DNA of 64,000 bases, taken from positions 72,542,001-72,606,000 of the forward strand of contig NC_058368.1 of the NCBI RefSeq assembly GCF_018350175.1. The letters are read 5' to 3'. This stretch comes from Felis catus. Its lineage: Eukaryota. The position numbers and the translations under genes were made by a program. Under the pieces are notes generated by a model. The model saw only the letters and a program-made list of their open reading frames with translations. It had not been told where the DNA came from and made no database searches. Positions 39,010 to 50,476 of this stretch are shown one piece after another (position 1 is the first letter of the stretch; every line of letters starts with the position of its first letter).

Positions 39010-42000
39010 TCTTTACAAATTGATAGCCAAGACAATAAATCACTCCATAGAAAAATTTAAAACAAGATACATTGTTGTGACCTTCATAACAGATGGAGTA
39101 GTTAGTACAATAGTGAAAACTGCCTGCGGGGATGTCTGGTTGCAGCATTTTGTCAGGCTTGATGAACGGAAAAGAAAATCCAACTTTATTAATGGGGCAG
39201 CTAACAAAGGTGCCTTGCCCTTAGACTCAAGTTGTTTCTGTGAATGACCGAGGGATGAGCTTAGAGCCAGGTCTCCCCTGAGTTTAGCCACCTTTGCAGA
39301 ATATGTGACATAATTCATAGGCTCTTTGGGGATTTATTTATTTGGATCCAGGAGTACACAGTAACCTTTTTATGTTCATAACTTCAAGCTAGATACAGGC
39401 TGTTGCCTGTAGTACCCTTAAAGATGCTGTTGTGTGACAATGAGTGTAATTGCAGATCATCGACTGTCTCCCCCAGCTCTCCAGGGGTACATGCTGAGTC
39501 CCACATCAGTCCTGGAAGTCCACGGTGCTCACGCCCACCCACCTGTCCCACCATCTACCCCACCCCTGCTCATCCTCCACCACCAGGAAAGGGAAAGGGT
39601 ACCAGTGGCGCTTCAAAACCCACCTTGGGCTGGTTGCCTCACCCAATGTGGCTGTCTCGTCAGAGCCGAGAACACACAACTTGTTTTCATGAAATGACAT
39701 GAAAGTTTTTCCTGTGAGAGGCATTACGGATAGATAGGTAGATGGGTACAAAAAAAGACTGAATCAGATTGAAATCTTGGGATAACTATTGTTTCTGGGC
39801 CATGTGGTCATGAGAAATCCTCTTCTCCTTCCTGTACTTCCATTTTCTCATCTTTGAAGAAGGCAGAAGAATTTGATTTCCTTCTCCTTCTTAAGTCCTA
39901 AGGATGTTATGAAGACAAATGAGAAAATGTGGCTGGTTACCCAGGAATGGAAGCCAGTAAGAAGCACAGAAGGGAGATTGGAGCTTTCTTGGGGGCCTTA
40001 CACGGAGAAGGAAAATAAATGGGTTAGTGATGTTGTGGCCCTGAGGTAACTACCTGAGAGTCCTACCAAAATGGGCCGGCTGCACCCTGTGGCTGGACTG
40101 GTCTCATGGGTGTGAGTGGGTGCTGGCCAGCTGAGCTCAACACTTGATCACCTCTTGGCAGTCAGGTGGCCTATGTCCGTCTGATAGAATCTTCTCCCTA
40201 AGTTTTTCCCTTTGCAAAGACAGGCAATTTGACTTCTAGCTATTGGTGAAACCAGCCAGAGCACTCCACAGCAAAGGCTATAAGAGGTTCTGATAACTAT
40301 CCCACTGCGTATTTATTATTACATGCTAGGTTATGCCTAGTCTCACCAGCCGTAGAAGAATTTCCAGCCTCTAAGTTGCACTGAGAATTGATAAACGGGA
40401 AGGAACAGCACAGCTGGGGATGATGCTGACTGAGAAAAGCTAGTTTTCAGGGAACATACAGAAATCAATGCCCATTTTTCATTCTAAGTATTTCAGTAAC
40501 TAGTAGATGTTGGGAACTGAAATTTACTTGTCAAACAATCTATCAATGTCTACTATATTGACTTTAGCTGAGCTTTCCAGTTAGGAAAATACTTTGATAT
40601 GGCTGGAAGCTAAGTATTTCAGCAGCTATAGCAGTAATTAGAAGAGTTCCAGAATCAAGGGAAAAGTTTGAAAATGAAATGTGAGATCTTCTCATGAATT
40701 GTGACCAAAAAAAAAAAAAAAAAGATATACTAGGTGTGATACATGAATATCATGGACATACAAAGTCATTTGCTTCTGCTGCTTTGTAGAAATAATTTTG
40801 CAATGTAAAGGAGGTACTATTTTAGAAACAACTAAAAACAGTCAAATTCTTCAAATAATTGAGCTTCCTCTACTCGTGGAAGTAAGGCACTAAATATGGT
40901 GCCTTCTGAAGAAATTGCAGTGAAAAGTCAATGGCATGCCCCAAGTTTTCTTTGTTGCAGATAGATCGCTAACCATGTGCTAAATGAACAGTTGAATGTT
41001 GAACATTTCCGTGCCTAAGAAAATTGAAAAAAAGTCTTTAAAATGAAGATAAATAGATTTCTAAAGTAAGGAAACACTGTACCTTGACATGACCAGGAAG
41101 GAGCCACCCTCCCTCACAGACGGACCAGCAGGCTCAGTGACTGGCAGCAGCCTGCCAGTCACTCATCAGAAGTGACAGTTGTCTGGATTGTACTGAAGAC
41201 TGTGTAGATCAACCCAGACCCTCAGGAAAACAGTCTAGACTAAATGAAATCATGCTGTGGTTAGGCAAGAAGTTAATCAGTGTAAACACAGTTGTCAGCG
41301 TATCACTAATTCTGACTACTCCCTTACCTTGAGAAGTGTGACAGGGAATGTCACACATTTAATTTGGCCATTGGGGATTCTTGTAGCTAAATGCATATGC
41401 CAGTTTCCACGTGAAATATCACAAAGTGCCTAAGGCCTGGGACACGTTTATACAAATCCTTTGATGATATCTGTGACAAATGCAAATTCTTTTCTGTAAC
41501 CGCTTTATCCTCCAGCTTGCTAACTCATTTTGCAATCACTAATGTTTCACGGAGGCACTAATTCGTGATTGGTCCCAGTACATTTTGAACTGAGCAATAT
41601 GGAATTTTGTTAAATATATCCAAATACTTCTTCTCCTTCACATTTTCCTAAGGTGATTTTTGATCTGAAAAATTTAGTGATACCCTTCATTTAGTAAAAG
41701 GAAATCACACTGGGAAAGAAAAACCAATCCAAGGAAACAGAAGAAAAGGGGAGGTCCTTTTTATATGTGCTTCTGTTTTAATTTTAAAGTTCTTTACTGC
41801 TGCTATGCAGGTAATTTTGCCGTGTGAGGGTTTTTTAGCCTGTCGTGTAAAGACGTGCAGACCAAGAGAGCTTTCTTCTCTTTGTGACATCATTTAATTC
41901 ATGTATATTCTTTTCTTTTAAATAACCATTCATAAAATTGTTTTCCGGTGGGTCAAAATAGTTTTAATAACAGAAGAGGATGTTTTTCATTAGGGAGGAA

Positions 42001-42692
42001 AGACGAAGGGGAAATGGGTGAAGTAATGAGAAAGTTCGTTAGACCCAGAGCCTTGGAGGAGATGAACATTCTGGGAGGATCATATGTCTCCTCAATCATG
42101 GCGGGAGGCCCTGAGGGTGAGATCCAATAAGTCACATGAACACAAGTGAGCGTGTGTACGTTTTGAGCACTTTTCTGAGCCACCCTGTGCAGCACTTTTA
42201 CGAGCCACCCTAAGAAAAGCATGCAGGCAAAAATCCAAAAGGAGCAGCACAATAATTTAGTGGTACTTTTAATTATAAAATGCATCCTTATTTAATGGAC
42301 CTTAGCATTCAGTTCCTTTGAAGAGCACTTTTAAAACATGATTCAATTAAGGAGGGAAAAAAAGAAGAAAAGAGGGAAAAAATCATCTATTTTTGAACAC
42401 CTTTTCGGAAGGCCATCTCTAAGAATCAGCACATTCTGCTCTTATTGACATTTCAACCAGCCCGGGCCATGGAACATTTGCTCAAGGCTAATTGCAACTG
42501 TCTAGATCCATAATGAAGCCTTTCCCGGATGACCTTTATGAATGACGGTAAGTAAAGCTCCCCTCTGAGCAACAGGCTCTTCGATAAACTTTTACCTTTG
42601 GAAGGTGGGTTATTAGAAGCCCGTTGTCCGTGTGTTGCCGATGTTCTATTCTAGTCAGAAACCCTTAGTGATGATGCCCTTTGCGATTTCAG

Positions 42693-42806
42693 GTTCTTGC
42701 CACTGTGGGAAGTGCATCTGCTCTGCTGAAGAGTGGTACATTTCTGGAGAGCTCTGTGACTGTGACGACAGGGACTGTGACAAGCACGACGGCCTCATTT
42801 GCACAG
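42693..42806 (+). CDS. ITGBL1: ITGBL1 coding exon (exon 10), 114 nt, phase 1-1
   Basis: gatttcag| ... CAG|gtgcag. Encodes (G)[37 protein letters not shown](G). Confidence 0.95.
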
Positions 42807-43174
42807 GTGCAGTGTGACCTGCTTGGTTTGCTCCACACTCCCGGTTTGTGAGAAAGACAAACGGCCCCCCACCCCACGGTGCTGCCCGTGGCTGTGTGTG
42901 TGGTAGATACTGCTGTCCCAATTACCACATCCTGATAGATGGTTAGATACGTGTGCTAGATAAGTTAAAGGCGAAGTGGGGACGTAAAGTTCAGCCGGAG
43001 TGATACAAAGACGGTCACTGCTGAATGGATACTGCATAGTTGGTGCTACCAAGTAGGTGCTGTTAATCGTTTGAAGGATCAGAGGTCCCATAGCTATTTA
43101 ATAAGTTAATAGCAACATGGCCATGCAGTAAAATCTGCAGAGGATGAATGAAATGGTTTTGGTTAGGAACGGTT

Positions 43175-43238
43175 ATGGTTTATAGTAACATACTTGAACT
43201 TGGTGCATGGTTTATAGTAACACACTCGAACTTGGTGC
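43175..43238. repeat. 32-bp tandem duplication, 2 mismatches
   Basis: atggtttatagtaaca(t/c)act(t/c)gaacttggtgc x2. Confidence 0.92.
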
Positions 43239-43282
43239 CTTTCGGTCATGATGATGACCCCCCCCCCCGTATTTTATTGCAG

Positions 43283-43374
43283 GGAATGGAATATGTAGCT
43301 GTGGAAATTGTGAATGCTGGCGCGGATGGAATGGAAATGCGTGTGAGATCTGGCTCGGCACAGACTATCCTTAA
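43283..43374 (+). CDS. ITGBL1: ITGBL1 terminal coding exon (exon 11), 92 nt including TAA
   Basis: ttttattgcag| then (G)[29 protein letters not shown], with stop TAA at 43372-43374. This frame is absent from the ORF track and was translated by hand. Confidence 0.95.
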
Positions 43375-43597
43375 CGACCCCGTGGGACAGGACTGCATTC
43401 TTATGTTTGTAGACCATTAGGACACATAAACACAAAGGAAACCATGTATAATCACCACTAGGACAGGTCAAATAGACTATTGCATGTTTTTCTATTTCTG
43501 AATGCCTGAGTGAAGGCTGGGCACCCATTAAAAAACAAGTTAGGCAAAAATCTGATGTAAATAAGGCCAGAAAGAATTTTTCCTCCAGAATTTATAC

Positions 43598-43821
43598 CTG
43601 TGGTTCTCAACAAGGGTGACTTTGCCACCCCAGAAAACATTTGGTGACGTCTGCAGATAATTTCGACTGTCACACTGGGTGGGCTGGCAGGGCATGCTAC
43701 CGGCCTCTAGTGCATGGAGGACACAGATGCTTCTACGAACATCCCACGGGGCACAGGACAGCCCCATGACAAAAAGTTCTCTGACTCCAAATGTCAATAG
43801 TGCCGGAGTTGAGAAACACTG
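43598..43821. mobile_element. MER20 (hAT-Charlie) inside the ITGBL1 3' UTR
   Basis: Termini ctgtggttctcaac ... gttgagaaacactg; internal gcacaggacagcccc and aaatgtcaatagtgcc match the recalled MER20 consensus. Confidence 0.88.
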
Positions 43822-44149
43822 AATTACATGGTTGTTAGGCCACAAAAAAAGTGGTCACAAAAAAAAAAAAAAAAACATTTGAATCTAAGGAAAAGGTATA
43901 TCCTCACATAAATCCATCCATCATATTTTTTCAGATTCCTTATCACTCAGCATTTCCATTTGGAGTCAGTAAAGACAAACGGGCACAAGGGCTAGTGTCG
44001 GGGGGGCTAAAGGCTGGATCACCAGTGCTTTTTAAAGAAAAAGACTGGTCAGGTTGAGCCAGTAAGTCATGCATCTGGTCTCACTTTAAATTCACAAAAG
44101 AAGATTCCCTTATGAAGGAAGTATGAAAAGTGTACAATTTAACATTTTT

Positions 44150-44155
44150 AATAAA
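44150..44155 (+). terminator. Polyadenylation signal AATAAA, probable proximal ITGBL1 site
   Basis: Canonical hexamer with upstream UGUA and downstream GU/U-rich sequence. Confidence 0.7.
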
Positions 44156-45284
44156 TAGTGACGTTAAGTTGCTTACAATCTGTGTCAATATATATTTACC
44201 TACTGATGATTAACAACAAAAAAAATGAATTGGTATTCAGGGGCACCTTCTGTTACTAGATCATTTTGTAAACTGGGCAGGGAGGGGTTAGGTGTAAAAG
44301 GAATTTGATTTCTCACTATTTTAAATTGCGCCATGGTAACTTGCCTTTTAGAAAGAATATTTAATTGGACATAGGATGGGCCTGAAATATGCATTCATTT
44401 CCCTTAAAATATTCTTATTTCTAAGCATACATTATTTACTGAAAAAGCATCATGCAAAGAAGTCAAGAAGAGATACTGTGATCAAATGGCACCAGTCTCA
44501 AAGCTCAGAGGATTAAAAAAAAAAATCTAGAAATGTCTTAAGTAGAAATTACAAATATTCACTCAGCGATAGGAACAAAATGTTTATTTTCTTAATGGTG
44601 AAATTTTGCTCTGTATGAAATTCACATTGAATTATGAAAATGTACAATAATTAGGACTTCCCTTACATATTTACAGTTAAATCTACTTACACACATTAGT
44701 TTAGGCAACCTTTAATTATTTGGAGCTAAAAAAACCCACTTTTTTTTCTAAACGTGAATTATATTTTGTAAAATCCTAGAGTAATGTAACAAAATCATTT
44801 CCGCATTGTTTAAGATGAAAATTTTTACTTGGAAATTTTACTTGATGATGTAAATATCCTAGAGTCATGGCTTGGACTTTATTAAGTCAAATCACCAAAA
44901 AATAAGGAAAATATGCATTTGCCGAGTTACTTAAAAATTTAATATTGAAAGTTATTTAAGAGAAAATTTATCTGATGCTGACTTTGATAGTACTAATAGT
45001 GTTCTCATACTTTAATAGATTTATAAAATTGTTATCTCTATCCTGAGATGATGGAAGTGCAACCATATTAGTTGTATCTCTATTATTGAGTATGTCCGTT
45101 GATATATCAGTTTTGTAAAACGAGGGAAATATAAGCAGTTCAGAAATCATATAGATGATATTCTTTCCTCCTCTCTATCTAATCATTTTTAGCCTCAAAC
45201 AAACATATTGTAATTATTCAGCAGCAGTTTTGATGACCGGACAATATGCAATCATCAGAATTCACTACATCATGCAGCTTCCCA

Positions 45285-45500
45285 CACTGCAGAACTCTGC
45301 TTTCCATAAAGGACCAGTCAATACTTTAGATTCTGTGGGCCACTGACCTCTCTGTTGCGTGTTCTTCTCTGTTTGTTTTTAACACTTTAGAACTATAAAA
45401 GGAAAAACAGAACACTCATTCTGAGCTCCTGGGCCATACAAAAACAGACCGCATGCTGGATGTGGCTCCCAGCTGAGCAGTAAGTAGTTTGCCAGCCATG
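45285..45500. mobile_element. MER58-family hAT element
   Basis: ttccataaaggaccag...ttctgtgggcca...gggccatacaaaaacag...tagtttgccagcc. Confidence 0.65.
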
Positions 45501-47002
45501 TTCTACTGGAGATGCCCTTAATTCATTCCCTTTGTCTTATCCTGTATTCCTGGGTGCGTCTTAGTTTTCTCCTAACTCCCTCTGCTTGTTATCCCTTTGT
45601 ATTAACTAAAATGAAAGGGCTTCAATTTTTATGTTTTCATATAAGGAAAATGTCCTCAGCATGTATGGGGTTTTTTTTTTTTTTTTTGAGAAAAGGTTTC
45701 AATATGGAGAAATTATTATACTATGAAGATTGAAATGTGATTTGTCCAAATTTTTTGACAAGGCTGAAAATACAGTCAGCTATATTCCGGGTTCATTTAG
45801 CTACAAATTATTGAACCAAAACTGAGTGATAGCCTAAGTCACATGGTACCTAATCTCTAAGGAATATTTTTCTTTTAAAACAGAAATATTTTCTTTTTAC
45901 TTCTTTCGTCTGCTATATTTCATATGTGTGTATGTGATTTTGACTCTAGCAATGCAAACATCAATATATTAAGAAGTTATTTAATTTACATGTTTAAATT
46001 GGAAAAAATAAAATATAGTTACATGTAAAGACGTAAATCCTACCCTTCTTCAATGTGATTTTGTATTTTGACTTTCAATCCCGTTACTAAGATAAAAACT
46101 CCCTCTTTCAAACAAAGGCAGGGCAGGAACCAACTTGTAACAGGTGAAAGGGGAAATGTGCGAATCTCTTCGGCTTGTTCGAGTTCCTGTGACAGGGAGA
46201 TTAACGTCAGTTGGGAAGGGATGTGACAGGACACGTTTGCTGCTGCTGTTGGCACGCGCCATGCTTGTTGGCAAACCATCACCGAGGAATTCTTCCCCAA
46301 GGACTTTTCAATATAATTCGAATTGGGTCCTAAGACCCAAGAGGACATTTTACCCCATTTTCTCCCTGCACCCTTCAGCTAATCCAAATGCCTGCAGCAC
46401 CTTGAAAGGAATGGCCTCCACCACGTCAAATACAAACACAATCTCTGCCAGCAAACATTGGGATTAGACCGAATGATACAGAAAACTGAGAACAAATCAA
46501 AACAAATCACAACTCAGCCTTTGCAGACTCCCTGTCAAAACTTTGAAGCCCTACTCAGTATCCAAGGGTCCACGGGCCCTGTGTAACCCCCTTGTAAGCT
46601 AAGAAACTTAAGCTGGGAATTGTATTTTTCTCCAAAGCGATACAGTTCTCATCTGGATGTTGGTATATCGGCATTGAGCCAATTGCTTTCACTGGAAATA
46701 GTCTTGTTCTGAAATAAAATTGGAAATAGTTTTCAATTATTTTCTTTCTTTCTAAAACGGAACTCTTAGTCAATCTGGTCTCTCCCTGAAGCATTAGTTC
46801 TCTCTGTAATATTAGGACTAAAACCTTAAGTGAAGCGATAACGCACGTTCTAACTTAAGGAACAAGAAGTTTTCGTTTGTTTTGGTTTGTAAAAGAAAAC
46901 CAAATCTAACATTGGTCATCTCGAAAACATCTGACTGTTTTAATGCTTTAGGCATTAATTGAGCAACTGGGCAGGTGTGCTAAAACTACTCTGCTCAGTC
47001 TT

Positions 47003-47065
47003 CAGGAGGTAAATAACGAGAAGGATTCACCAGGAGGTAAATAATGAGAAGGACTGCAGCAGGAG
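47003..47065. repeat. ~28-bp tandem duplication
   Basis: caggaggtaaataa(c/t)gagaagga x2 plus a partial third caggag. Confidence 0.9.
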
Positions 47066-48223
47066 TCTTGCAGGCCCCGTGTGGAGCTCCTAATGCCACC
47101 TCCTACCCCAAAACCCTCCGGGCGAGCACACATTTAGAGCAAGGATCTCTAATGTCTGCAGGATTTGTAAGGACATGGTGCTCGGTACCATTTTACTCTT
47201 TACATAGGGTGCACCACCTGCATCGCTTCTGCAGTTTTTCCAAGTAAGGTTGTAGCAAAACATTGTAGAAAGCAAACTTAAAATAAAACCGGTGTCGCCT
47301 GGAATATCAAAACAATTAACATTCCCGAGCATTGTTGAGGGATGGGTGAAGCCATCAGCTACCATAACAGATCAGTAGAAATAACCCTCCCCTACCAGAT
47401 ATGCATGCAAAAGGAATGTGACATTAGAGAGACTCGATGCAATTGACATATGTACATGGAGGTACAAAACACACAGTCTGTAGATACAAATGAATTCCAT
47501 CGGATTTACTATACAGAACATTGATAATGACAGACTGCACTTACTTAATAACAGCAAACTTAATTTTTGAGGGGAAAACTGGTGGAGTCTTATCCCAGAA
47601 AAATAGCAAGAGAGGTATCATCAAAGAGCTAAAATTTTCTTTGGCATGGTAAAGGGGGAAATTGAGTGTACCAACTTATTTACATGATATTTCTCTATAT
47701 TTGTGGGTGAAGCGATGCCATTTTGTTACATAAAGTTGTTTGATGTTTTGTAATATGCCTTCATATCAATATTTTATTCAGTATGTTGTATGTGTGAATA
47801 CAACAAATGGTATTAAACACAGAAACTGTACAATGCAGACAAACTCTTTGTATGTAAATTGAATAATACATACCACAGTTCTTGATACGTAGGTCCTACT
47901 ACATGCAGTTCACCAGTGCTGTCCTTGTCCCATGCAACAGGTGAGACCAGACACAGAGGAAACGGTCTAATTTACAAATAACAAGGACCCGTCTGCAATA
48001 TGTCTAAACATATATTAGAAGAAAGTATTTGACATCCATTCATAGGGATAAATGCCCTTAGAGACAACTCATATAAAAAACAAAACAGAGATGCACATTT
48101 ACATAAGTCTCAGTCATTTACAAAAATAAATCTTGTCTTAATTTTAACCAATTAACAGGCTTGCAGTGGGAAAAAACCAGCAAGTAGGGCTGATTACCAA
48201 AAACAAATAGGTGGGGTTGTTTG

Positions 48224-48224
<1 letters not shown>

Positions 48225-48252
<28 letters not shown>
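48225..48252. repeat. (GT)n microsatellite
   Basis: Seen directly. Confidence 0.93.
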
Positions 48253-48254
<2 letters not shown>

Positions 48255-48494
48255 TTGGGGCGAGCGGTGTGTATAAGCCCATCTAATTGGAATGTCAAGT
48301 CAAATAATTCATAGTTTGCCACATATTATAGAATATATGTCTTCCCTAAATAGTTGGTTCATGAAACTCATCTAACATATTTTAACTCATCCTGTTGAAA
48401 ACGATAGGCCTTAAGATGGTGTAACAGGAAATCAAGAATGGTCAAAGGAATGATTTTGTTATGTTCGTACTTTAGCATTATTGACAATAAATCT

Positions 48495-50476
48495 ACCCAA
48501 ACGTTATGCTAACTTTTTATTTATTAAAATGAAATCCAATATGAAAATGAAGTAAGCATAAACAGTTAAATTTATACTAAATCTTTAATCAGCTAAGCAG
48601 GCCAAAATTTTTAAATGCCGGGCAAGGGCTGTCATGGAGACTTAGGAAAGCAGTGACAAAATAATTTCCAAGAAAATACAGTGCAGATGGGGGGAAATGG
48701 CGACTGGGTCAGCCTTCCACGTGGAAATAACAAGAGGCCAGTACATAATCCCACATAGAGTTTTCTATAAATGAGGTTCAGTTTGGTCTCAGTTAACTCT
48801 TCGGAGGAGAAAACATTGAATTTTATTAAGTATACACAGAGCTAACAAATATATTTCCAAACAGTTTCGTATCAGACATTTTGAAACTCTTTATATCCAA
48901 TACCGAACGTTTTGCTTGGTTTCTTCCTTGTGCCGTCAACTATATTCATGGCCTTTCTTAGCAGTTGTCTTCCCTAAGCTCAGAATTATGCAAAAGGAAA
49001 TTAAGAAAGCAAGATAAAACAAATGCAAATCAACTGAATGGACCGAAAACCTGATGTGTGAACGTGTTGGTTTGCCTTGAATTTTATCCAGAATAGTTCA
49101 ACAGACTGCATTCTGAGATCATGGCAAGGCACCTCTACCCCAGCCACTGGGCAACTGGGGCCCCAAGAAGCTGAGTTACAGGTTTGGAGTGGCGAAATAC
49201 ACAGTACCTGACTCAGCATGCTGAGCTAAAAAAAATATTTTTTCCTAATAATATGTCCAGTTTTAAAAACTTGTCATTAAACACCAAAAATATTAAAGTC
49301 TAATTTATAACTAACGTTTGCATTGCTGCTGCAGAAAAAGAACACAACAGCCGCCTTGCCCATGCTCTGCTGAGTATGAGTGGAACGCAGCCAAAACTGG
49401 GGATGGCATTCAGTTCGGTTCATTAAAAACAGGTAGGATTATATCTGAAATGGATTTAGGTAGCGCAATTCTTGTAGGTTGTAATTATTGAATTTTCTTT
49501 TTTTTTCTTTTTTTTTTTCCCAAATAATGAGGATTAGTAGATGAAAAAATGAACCTTAATCAGGCCTACAAGGCCTACAGAGTTCTTTGGACCCACTTTC
49601 TCAAAAACCAGTGGGTCTTGCTCGCTGGGCAAGGCAAATGTTACCATTAACCAGTAAGCTTGTGATATGTATAAAACACACACACACACAAAGGAACTAT
49701 AGGGGGGTGTCAAACACATATCTTTAGAGAGCTTCCCCTGGACTGTGTTTGACCCATTTCTCACCCCGGCCACGCCGACCAGAGGAGCACAGTATCTGCT
49801 ACTGGACAGAGCATATATGTGTGTTTAATTGAGAGTGGGAGCCGGAGACAACACTTTTAATCTTTATAGATGCAATTTGTACTAATAGGTTGAGAAGGCT
49901 TCCTGATTCCCTGATCGCTCTCCGAACTAAGCCAACTGCAACATTTAAGATTTAGAGGAATACAATCCCCGCAAAAGGTCACGGACAGTGGAGCGGGCAG
50001 CCCTGTAAAAACGGGGGGAAGAGAAATCCATAATAGCACAGGTTTACAGCGTCTAACTAGAAATTACTCAATAGTATTTGTGTGCTACAAAATTGAACTT
50101 AAACACATGGATTTCGCTGAAACAGGACTCAAAAAGGATTATGGGTAGCTGTCAGCAGGCAAGGTATCGAGTGTACTTGTGAAGTATGTCATTCACATGA
50201 AGTGTCACAGTCACAGAAAAGATATTAAAAAGGCATTCCATATCTGGTAGGGCATTCCATGGTCTGAGTTGAGCTGGTTGTCCAGGTGTCTTCTTGTTCT
50301 GGGGGTGCAACAGGTTGAAGATTTATCCACTTGCAATCAAGAAGTTCGAGACAGCAAAGAGCAAGCATTGGCTTACTTCCGGCCGCTCCTCAGCCGCGGG
50401 AGCAGGAATGTCTAGCAAGGATAAATCACTCAACTGTGCTCAGGACGAATAAGTCACAACACCTGTGAGGATCTGG
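48495..50476 (-). other. FGF14: FGF14 3' UTR, ~2 kb isoform (longer isoforms likely)
   Basis: Downstream of the stop and free of recognisable interspersed repeats. Minus-strand AATAAA at 48822-48827 and overlapping AATAAATAAA at 48516-48525. Confidence 0.7.
48516..48525 (-). terminator. Overlapping polyadenylation signals AATAAATAAA, probable FGF14 site
   Basis: TTTATTTATT on +. Downstream on the minus strand lies U-rich TTTATTGT. Confidence 0.6.

Larger units (their letters stand above)
43375..44180 (+). other. ITGBL1: ITGBL1 3' UTR (proximal isoform, approximate end)
   Basis: Follows the stop. First well-formed poly(A) context: TGTA 44131-44134, AATAAA 44150-44155, TGTGT at 44181. Confidence 0.7.

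Noticed and set aside
43175..47065. 28-32-bp direct repeats as CRISPR-like arrays
   Set aside because: Two adjacent copies without spacers in a mammalian genome; simple tandem duplications.
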